This document shows, piece by piece, positions 27,425 through 33,148 of a DNA stretch of 33,148 nt; positions within the stretch are counted from its first letter, which is position 1, and every line of letters begins with the position of its first letter. The stretch comes from a virus (lineage: Duplodnaviria > Caudoviricetes). The notes under the pieces are model-generated. The model worked only from the letters and a program-made list of their open reading frames with translations. It had not been told where the DNA came from and searched no databases. Where the stretch lies: positions 1-33,148 of the IMG/VR virus record IMGVR_UViG_3300025138_000180, one strand, 5' to 3'. The translations under genes and the position numbers were made by a program.

Positions 27425-28885
27425 ATGGATTTAAATTATAAATTTAAAACTAAGCCTTTCGAACATCAATTGAAAGCGCTTGGATGCTCCTGGAACAAGG
27501 AAAGCTTTGCTTATTTTATGGAGATGGGCACCGGTAAATCTAAGGTGCTGATTGATAACATTGCCATGTTATATGACAATGGATCTATAAACGGGGCACT
27601 GATTGTTGCTCCTAAAGGCGTCTATACAAACTGGAAGAATGAACAAATACAAAGACATATGCCAGATCATGTCATGTATAAAATTGTGGTGTGGAATCCT
27701 AATCCAACAAAGAAAGAAAAGGAAGAACTAAATTTCTTGTTTGAAGAAAAAGATTGCTTGACAATATTTCTGATGAACATCGAAGCTTTCAGTACAAAGA
27801 AAGGCCAAGACATTGCTACAAAGTTTTTACTTGGTCATCGATCTTTATTCGCTATCGATGAGTCCACAACTATTAAGACACCAACAGCTGCTAGAACAAA
27901 GTCTGTTGTTAAATTAAGTAAGATGGCACAGTACCGTAGAATTCTTACAGGATCTCCTGTTACTAAAAGTCCCCTCGATCTTTATTCACAAGCTGAGTTT
28001 CTCGATCCGGCGTTCCTCGACCAACCATCGTTCTGGACGTTTAAGTCCCGTTACTGTGTAATGGTAAAAAGACGTATCAGTGGCTCACACCAATTTAATA
28101 TGATTGTTAGTTATAAAAATTTAGATGAGCTGACAAAATTAATTGATACATTTTCCTACCGGGTACTCAAAGATGAATGTCTTGATCTCCCGGATAAAAT
28201 TTACATGACACGAGAGGTTGAGCTGAGTGCAAAACAAATAGATGCTTATCATCAACTAAAAGAATACGCTGTTGCTGAACTTAAAGAAGGTTCGATGACG
28301 ACGTTTTCTGCATTGACACAGCTGATGAGACTTCATCAAGTTACCTGTGGATTTATGACTACCGATGACGGTAGGCTCGTTGATTTACATGATGCGAAAG
28401 GTAAGATACCTAGACTGGAAACGTTATTAGATATTTTAGATGAGGTAGATGGTAAAGTAATTATCTGGGCTAACTACAGACATAACATAAAACATTTAAC
28501 TACTGCTCTTCGTAAAAAGTACGGACCGCAAAGTACCGAGAGTTTTTATGGAGACACCAAGCAGCAAGATAGAGAGGATATTTTATCACGCTTCATGGCC
28601 CCCGACTCCGAGCTCCAGTATCTTGTAGCTAATCCTAGAACAGGTGGTTATGGTTTGAACTTAACTGTATCACATACTATTATTTATTATTCTAACAGTT
28701 ATGATTTAGAAGTTAGAATGCAGTCTGAAGATCGTATACATAGGATTGGTCAGACATCAAAAGCAACATACATAGATCTTGTTGCAAGAAAAACTATTGA
28801 TGAGAACATCATAAAAGCCCTGAAAACCAAGATAAATCTAGCATCAACAATTTTAGGTGAAGATTTAAAAGAATGGTTGCAATAA
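27425..28885 (+). CDS. SNF2-family (SF2) helicase/ATPase
   Basis: P.EHQ, MEMGTGKS, IDEST.IK, ILTGSP, GGYGLNL, QSEDRIHRIGQ. Confidence 0.92.
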   Translation: MDLNYKFKTKPFEHQLKALGCSWNKESFAYFMEMGTGKSKVLIDNIAMLYDNGSINGALIVAPKGVYTNWKNEQIQRHMPDHVMYKIVVWNPNPTKKEKEELNFLFEEKDCLTIFLMNIEAFSTKKGQDIATKFLLGHRSLFAIDESTTIKTPTAARTKSVVKLSKMAQYRRILTGSPVTKSPLDLYSQAEFLDPAFLDQPSFWTFKSRYCVMVKRRISGSHQFNMIVSYKNLDELTKLIDTFSYRVLKDECLDLPDKIYMTREVELSAKQIDAYHQLKEYAVAELKEGSMTTFSALTQLMRLHQVTCGFMTTDDGRLVDLHDAKGKIPRLETLLDILDEVDGKVIIWANYRHNIKHLTTALRKKYGPQSTESFYGDTKQQDREDILSRFMAPDSELQYLVANPRTGGYGLNLTVSHTIIYYSNSYDLEVRMQSEDRIHRIGQTSKATYIDLVARKTIDENIIKALKTKINLASTILGEDLKEWLQ

Positions 28886-28905
28886 GTTATAAGATATTAT
28901 ATAAG
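28877..28905 (+). promoter_or_regulatory. Sigma70-like promoter upstream of the structured RNA and small-ORF cluster
   Basis: TTGCAA (28877-28882), 17 nt, TATAAG (28900-28905). Confidence 0.65.
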
Positions 28906-28915
28906 GTATTTAAAT

Positions 28916-29096
28916 GAGGATGGTGCAACATTCTCGGAGTATGGCTGAACAACTGTAACAAGGTAGTAAGGCACGGTTCTCGCAAGGTATGGTCGCATGA
29001 CTGAGGGTGTGAGAGTTGGTACTGAAGTACTAGTTAAGCTAGAACAGTTTGACTTGTCGGGAAAAGGTTGGGGGTAGTCAAAGAACCCCCCTACTC
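28916..29096 (+). ncRNA. Candidate ~180-nt multi-stem pseudoknotted ncRNA (manA/GOLLD-3'-like by recollection)
   Basis: Non-coding and GC-richer than its flanks; GAGGATG/CATTCTC, closing GAGTA/TACTC, TCTCGCA/TGTGAGA, GTAC-TGAA-GTAC, and GGGGGT/ACCCCC whose loop AGTCAAA is complementary to TTTGACT. Confidence 0.7.
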
Positions 29097-29116
29097 ACAA
29101 AGAAAGAAAGGTTTGT

Positions 29117-29260
29117 ATGGAACGCACAGAAATAAAAGTTGGTAAGATAACTATTATCATAACAGATAAAGATGCTCTTATGGTGGAATTAAATGGTTAC
29201 ACTTATTTCATTGATGATAGCACCGATGAAAATTTAATGAATAGATATAAGGATAAGTAA
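29117..29260 (+). CDS. 47-aa hypothetical protein
   Basis: MERTEIKVGKITIIITDKDALMVELNGYTYFIDDSTDENLMNRYKDK; GAAAGG RBS; TAATG-coupled to the next ORF. Confidence 0.65.
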   Translation: MERTEIKVGKITIIITDKDALMVELNGYTYFIDDSTDENLMNRYKDK

Positions 29261-29391
29261 TGTTGTATATTGGTTACTTGTTAGTTTTAATGACATTACT
29301 TTTGTATGGTAAACCTTACATGGCTAGTGTTGTAATTTTATTTATAACCTGGCAAATTGTTTCGAGTGGTTGGTATCAATGGCTCGTATAA
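29260..29391 (+). CDS. 43-aa hydrophobic membrane peptide
   Basis: MLYIGYLLVLMTLLLYGKPYMASVVILFITWQIVSSGWYQWLV; hand-translated. Confidence 0.55.
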   Translation: MLYIGYLLVLMTLLLYGKPYMASVVILFITWQIVSSGWYQWLV

Positions 29392-29573
29392 AAACTCCTG
29401 CAAAAAGTAAAAGTTATTATTCAGGAAGATTAAAAGAAAGAATTTATGCTGCTTATTTCGAAGCAGGTAAACGTGCAAAAAGAGATTGCACAAGTTGGAA
29501 AGAAGTTTCTGATCGTATGCATTGGGAACGATTACATAAAATAATGAGAAAGAGGTATGATTATGTCGGATGA
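29379..29573 (+). CDS. Basic hypothetical protein
   Basis: In-frame ATG at 29379 preferred over TTG at 29370. Confidence 0.6.
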   Translation: MARIKTPAKSKSYYSGRLKERIYAAYFEAGKRAKRDCTSWKEVSDRMHWERLHKIMRKRYDYVG

Positions 29574-29856
29574 TGTAAAAACTGATATATTAGAAGAAGC
29601 TAACGAGGCCGTAGCGTCTCGTGAATTTACTCATGGTGAGTGCGTAAGCAATAATAACAACATAGCTGATTTATGGAGTGCATATTTAAACATGCCTATT
29701 ACTGCTGATGAAGTAGCAATAATGATGGTGTTGTTAAAGATTGGTAGAACTAAATCAAGAAAAGCAGTGAAAGATCATTTTGTTGATATGGCAGGTTATG
29801 CTGCAATTGCAGGTGATATAGTATTAGGAGGTAAGAATGATAAAGAAGATATTTAA
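29557..29856 (+). CDS. DUF6378-like phage protein
   Basis: IL.EA...V..R...HG....N...IA.LWSAYL...I....VA.MM.LLKI.R......D..VD.AGYAA. Confidence 0.8.
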   Translation: MIMSDDVKTDILEEANEAVASREFTHGECVSNNNNIADLWSAYLNMPITADEVAIMMVLLKIGRTKSRKAVKDHFVDMAGYAAIAGDIVLGGKNDKEDI

Positions 29857-29986
29857 TTATTTTAGAAAAAAAGAACCAACTTTAATTTGGTTACAAATTT
29901 ACAATTCACAACATTACGGTGTAATTGGTTGGTTGGCAACTGATCGCAAAACATATGTTAAAGGAGAAGATACATGGAGAAGGTAA
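29837..29986 (+). CDS. 49-aa hypothetical protein
   Basis: MIKKIFNYFRKKEPTLIWLQIYNSQHYGVIGWLATDRKTYVKGEDTWRR; strong AGGAGG RBS. Confidence 0.65.
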   Translation: MIKKIFNYFRKKEPTLIWLQIYNSQHYGVIGWLATDRKTYVKGEDTWRR

Positions 29987-30159
29987 TGAAATCACGATAT
30001 GCCACGATAGCAATTAAACCTAAGGTGCATGATAACATTAAAAAATTAGCAAAACATAGTTATCAGACAGTAGGTGGATATATTGAACAATTAGTAGAAA
30101 AAGAGATAAAAAAATTGGAGGGTAAAAATGGCAATAATATGTCACGAGTGCAAGGGTAA
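29974..30159 (+). CDS. Ribbon-helix-helix-like DNA-binding protein
   Basis: YATIAI strand followed by two amphipathic helices; alternative start at 29986. Confidence 0.65.
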   Translation: MEKVMKSRYATIAIKPKVHDNIKKLAKHSYQTVGGYIEQLVEKEIKKLEGKNGNNMSRVQG

Positions 30160-30355
30160 TGGGTATCATAAGCTTAGATTCGAGGCGGAACAATCCATTG
30201 AGCAGTGTAAGGTTTGTAACTCACAAGGGGAACTCAAGGAAGATAAGTATTATCGCCAAACGTGGACAGAGGGCGTTGAAGATTCCTTGTCGATCTATTA
30301 CGGACCATTGCTTGATCCGGAATGTTTCCAAAACTACAAAATTTATCCAGAGTAA
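30128..30355 (+). CDS. Small DnaJ-type zinc-finger protein
   Basis: CHECKGNG...CKVCNSQG; GGAGG RBS. Confidence 0.75.
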   Translation: MAIICHECKGNGYHKLRFEAEQSIEQCKVCNSQGELKEDKYYRQTWTEGVEDSLSIYYGPLLDPECFQNYKIYPE

Positions 30356-30394
30356 ACCTATTGTAGATATTAAAAAAGGGGAGGAGCCACCATT

Positions 30395-30571
30395 TTGACT
30401 ATATATTATAACACTATTAAGAAAGATAAAGTGATTACATATGTCTACAGTGATGTTGATGATGTGTGGTTCGTGAACAAAATAACAAAAAGGAGAGATT
30501 TATGGACGTGGAAAACATGTGGAGCGATGAAGATAATGCGAGACTTATTGAATTGGATCAAAAAGGTGTAA
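30395..30571 (+). CDS. Possible 58-aa hypothetical protein
   Basis: TTG start 8 nt after GAGGAG; MTIYYNTIKKDKVITYVYSDVDDVWFVNK...; overlaps the next gene by 70 nt. Confidence 0.45.
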   Translation: MTIYYNTIKKDKVITYVYSDVDDVWFVNKITKRRDLWTWKTCGAMKIMRDLLNWIKKV

Positions 30572-30822
30572 GGGTAAGAGATATTGCCATACGAATGAAC
30601 AAAAGTAAGAATTCGGTTGCGGGTAGATTACATAGGATAAGGATTAAAAATGGTCATACACCAAAATTTAAACACAGGCAGATAAAGAGATATATGCCTG
30701 CATCAGAGAAGATTGGTCAACGTAGATGTAATTTATGTTATCAAAAATTTGATATATCTTCTGTGTTACAGAGATTCTGCGAACCTTGTAAAAGAACTGA
30801 TAATTACAAGTTTGGAGGGTAA
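30502..30822 (+). CDS. GcrA-like helix-turn-helix regulator with C-terminal CxxC..CxxC
   Basis: WSDEDNARLIEL..KG....IA..M..SKNSVAGRLHRI resembles the GcrA N-terminal domain; start moved to ATG 30502 (AGGAG RBS). Confidence 0.7.
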   Translation: MDVENMWSDEDNARLIELDQKGVRVRDIAIRMNKSKNSVAGRLHRIRIKNGHTPKFKHRQIKRYMPASEKIGQRRCNLCYQKFDISSVLQRFCEPCKRTDNYKFGG

Positions 30823-30824
30823 TC

Positions 30825-30853
30825 TTGCGACAAATGTAAATTTGTTGTATAAT
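30825..30853 (+). promoter_or_regulatory. Sigma70-like promoter with a dyad in the spacer
   Basis: TTGCGA-17 nt-TATAAT; ACAAAT-GTAA-ATTTGT inverted repeat at 30830-30845. Confidence 0.7.
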
Positions 30854-30903
30854 AACTTCCTGGATAAGTAGGTGAAGTCCGAAATTCCAGGAAGGATAAT
30901 GAA

Positions 30904-31107
30904 GTGTATACAACAACAGATGTCCAAAAGAAATTATTAGATCGACTAATCAAAGGCTTGCGCCCTACAAACAAGAGCGCCAGGGCGCTTGCTTTACTTG
31001 CAAAGTACAATATTTTTGATAAAAACGTTATTAAACATAAATTAAAACAATTGGAGGGAGACAATGTCCTCTTATTCACTGCCAAACAGTCCAATCAAGG
31101 AAGTTAA
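30904..31107 (+). CDS. Basic hypothetical protein
   Basis: 67 aa, GTG start after AGGAAGGA, downstream of the promoter. Confidence 0.55.
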   Translation: MYTTTDVQKKLLDRLIKGLRPTNKSARALALLAKYNIFDKNVIKHKLKQLEGDNVLLFTAKQSNQGS

Positions 31108-31276
31108 ACATTGTCACAAATGTGGCAGAGTAACATTGCATTTTCTCAACCCCAAAAATGATGTCATTGTAAAGTCAGAAGTGTGGCAGGAACTGGTTCG
31201 TAAAGGATTTAATGCTATGAGACGTCATATGTATATTCCTAAAGAATTGTTAATGTTAGATCCTAAATTTTTTTAG
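31064..31276 (+). CDS. Hypothetical protein with CHKC motif
   Basis: 70 aa, GGAGG RBS; LPNSP...V..C..C...DPKFF. Confidence 0.7.
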   Translation: MSSYSLPNSPIKEVKHCHKCGRVTLHFLNPKNDVIVKSEVWQELVRKGFNAMRRHMYIPKELLMLDPKFF

Positions 31277-31330
31277 TATAGAATGCATAGAAATATATTT
31301 ACAAATTATTTTAGAAAAAATGTTGAAAAT

Positions 31331-31420
31331 GGTGTAACCGGTGTAACCGCTTCTGTAACCCTTATCCAGCTTAAGAAATGGGTTACACTATGGTGTAACC
31401 AAGGTGTAACTGGTGTAACC
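31331..31420. repeat. Iteron-like GGTGTAAC(C) cluster (six direct, one inverted)
   Basis: Copies start at 31331, 31340, 31354 (TGTAACC), 31392, 31403 and 31412; inverted GGTTACAC at 31381; AT-rich flanks. Confidence 0.85.
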
Positions 31421-31494
31421 TATAAAGCCAGCGTAAAAGAATTTTTTGAGACATTATATATGTTTTCTGTTAAAAACATCCTATACATTGTAAA

Positions 31495-31980
31495 ATGAGT
31501 CAATTAACTGAAATTAAAATAACTTCGAAACAAAGAAAGTTTGCAGAGCTTTTAGTCAGATATGATGGAGATAAAAGTGCAACTGAATGTGCTATATTAT
31601 CCGGTTATCCAAAAAAGACAGCTAGAATATATGCTAGTAGATTGCAATCAGCTAAAGAGTTTCCAAAAGTTGCTAATTATATATCCTTATTAAGAGAAGA
31701 AATTCACAAAAAGTATATGTCTAATATGACAAGACATATGAAGAGATTAGATGAGTTAAGTAAAAATGCAGAGTCAGAAAAAAATTACTCGGCAGCTGTT
31801 AATGCAGAAGTTTCACGAGGAAGAGCTGCTGGATTATACATAGATCGTAAAGAGATATTGACTGGGTCAATTGATAAGATGAGTAAGGTCGAGGTAGCAG
31901 ATAGGCTCAAAGATCTAAGGAATAGATTTCCGGAAGTAATTGTAGACGTACCTCATGAAGAGATTGAATCCCAAGACTAA
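31495..31980 (+). CDS. terS: Terminase small subunit
   Basis: T.KQRKFA......ATECAI.SGY..KTA...ASRL HTH; C-terminal AV.AE..RG.AAGLY.DRKE. Confidence 0.8.
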   Translation: MSQLTEIKITSKQRKFAELLVRYDGDKSATECAILSGYPKKTARIYASRLQSAKEFPKVANYISLLREEIHKKYMSNMTRHMKRLDELSKNAESEKNYSAAVNAEVSRGRAAGLYIDRKEILTGSIDKMSKVEVADRLKDLRNRFPEVIVDVPHEEIESQD

Positions 31981-32395
31981 CATTTTTTTTGTTTGTGGTG
32001 ATGCTAGAGAAGATGGTTATATATTTGATGGTTACATAACAGTAAGATTAAAAAGAGATGGATATTTTAAAGAGAACTGGAGAGAGCCAAATAGTTTTAA
32101 AAAGAATTTAGCTAAAAAGAAATTATACAAAAAGAATCTGTATGACAAAGTATCTAATTATTTAAACAATTATAAATTAAGTAAAGGTTGTCAAAAATGT
32201 GGCTACAAGGAGAGTCCTTATGCTTTAGAATTTCATCATCGTGATAGAAATAGTAAGTGTAATAATGTGTCAAATATTAGAAAAAGCAGTTGGGTACAGC
32301 TCGATAACATAGTCAAAGAGGTAAAAAAGTGTGATATTTTGTGTTCAAATTGCCATAAAATATTAACAAAAAAGGAAGTTAGTAGTGCGTCCTGA
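31955..32395 (+). CDS. HNH endonuclease
   Basis: CQKCG...ALEFHHRD...EVKKCDILCSNCH. Confidence 0.85.
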   Translation: MKRLNPKTNIFFVCGDAREDGYIFDGYITVRLKRDGYFKENWREPNSFKKNLAKKKLYKKNLYDKVSNYLNNYKLSKGCQKCGYKESPYALEFHHRDRNSKCNNVSNIRKSSWVQLDNIVKEVKKCDILCSNCHKILTKKEVSSAS

Positions 32396-32810
32396 AAAGA
32401 AATTTTGGCAAGAAATTAAAAATAAGACTCCCAATGTTAACTGGACTAGAATAGAGTCATGGGCATCACCTGGTGTACCTGATTTATTTGGAGTTTTCAA
32501 AGATTTAAGCACTAATCAAGGCATACAATTTTGGATCGAATTAAAATGTAATAAGTTACAAAAAGTTATCATATCGCCAAAACAAATTGCATGGCATTAT
32601 GCTCATACAAAGCATGGAGGTGTCAGTTTTATATTTGTAAAGATTAGCAACCCAGGTGCCAGGAAGGCATCATATGCTGTATTCCCAGGACATATGTCTA
32701 GGGAACTACACACCTTGGGTTTGGAACTGTTGAACCAGGGTTCAGGTACCATGTTGCCTGATGCATGGACCGAGAAGGATCTTCAAAATACACTGACTTT
32801 CACGCCTTAG
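32385..32810 (+). CDS. VRR-NUC / Holliday-junction-resolvase-like PD-(D/E)XK nuclease
   Basis: RIE.....GVPDL...FWIELK...S..QIAWH......GG.SFI.V; GTG start. Confidence 0.8.
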   Translation: MRPEKKFWQEIKNKTPNVNWTRIESWASPGVPDLFGVFKDLSTNQGIQFWIELKCNKLQKVIISPKQIAWHYAHTKHGGVSFIFVKISNPGARKASYAVFPGHMSRELHTLGLELLNQGSGTMLPDAWTEKDLQNTLTFTP

Positions 32811-32823
32811 TTATTTTCTATTC

Positions 32824-33025
32824 CTTATACTAAGTTACCGGCCGGCCGGACCGTGTTTTCGCCTCTGTCAAGTGTTAAATACTCTAGGGTTTCTGCGGTT
32901 TTTTTATGAAGCATGAATCCTGATGCCCGCAGCTGCAGCCAGGAGCTGCTGGGGAATGGTTGAAATACACTAGGTCTTACGCCCTTTTCTATATCTATCT
33001 CTTATACCAATTGACGGCCGGCCGG
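32824..33025. repeat. GC-rich non-coding region with duplicated motifs
   Basis: CTTATAC-N7/8-CGGCCGGCCGG at 32824-32849 and 33001-33025; AAATAC(T/A)CTAGG twice (about 32877 and 32963); CAGCTG-like motifs. Confidence 0.65.
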
Positions 33026-33062
33026 GGCAGCTGAGTTGTTCATACCATGCGGGAACTTATCC

Positions 33063-33112
33063 AAAAGATTTAAATCTTTTTGCTTTACATTATAATAAGT
33101 TATAACTATATA
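33063..33112 (+). promoter_or_regulatory. Sigma70-like promoter preceded by a perfect 18-bp palindrome
   Basis: AAAAGATTTAAATCTTTT (33063-33080), then TTTACA (33084-33089)-17 nt-TATATA (33107-33112). Confidence 0.6.
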
Positions 33113-33148
33113 TGTAGTGGGGGTACCGAATCCGTTTAGAAGTTTTGC

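Noticed and set aside
28916-29096. tRNA, hammerhead ribozyme or group I intron
   Set aside because: No cloverleaf or GTTCRA T-loop, no CTGANGA/GAAA core, and no interrupted gene on either side.
30159-30398. 79-aa ORF ending KKGEEPPF
   Set aside because: Mostly overlaps the Zn-finger gene in another frame and lacks an RBS; its GEE codons are explained by the RBS of the 30395 ORF. A shorter 3' ORF cannot be excluded.
30668-31094. Two minus-strand ORFs (82 and 96 aa)
   Set aside because: Antisense to supported plus-strand genes and a strong plus-strand promoter.
31283-31498. 71-aa ORF with GVT repeats, or a mini-CRISPR array
   Set aside because: No RBS, and the peptide repeats merely reflect the DNA repeats; 8-9-bp units with 0-20-bp gaps are too short for CRISPR.

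Overview
AT-rich fragment of a tailed dsDNA phage genome, probably a marine podovirus-like phage of an alphaproteobacterial host (inferred from gene content, including a GcrA-like regulator). Positions 1-18.2 kb (+) hold the tail/virion module (Ig-like, LamG/SPRY lectin-like and Gly-rich fibre proteins, a tail stabilisation protein, four large putative ejection proteins), interrupted by a small minus-strand cassette at 8.6-9.3 kb. Positions 18.3-27.3 kb (-) form a replication operon: PD-(D/E)XK exonuclease, family A DNA polymerase (Leu762 type), PAPS-reductase-like PP-loop protein, UvrD-like helicase, AEP primase and SSB-like protein. Positions 27.4-32.8 kb (+) carry a SNF2 helicase, a promoter-driven ~180-nt structured RNA candidate, small ORFs (DUF6378-like, RHH, Zn-finger, GcrA-like), an iteron-like repeat cluster, terminase small subunit, HNH and VRR-NUC-like nucleases, then a GC-rich repeat region. 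No capsid, portal, terminase large subunit, integrase, tRNA or CRISPR was recognised. All family calls come from motif recognition by eye and all RNA pairings were worked out by hand; nothing was searched or computed.
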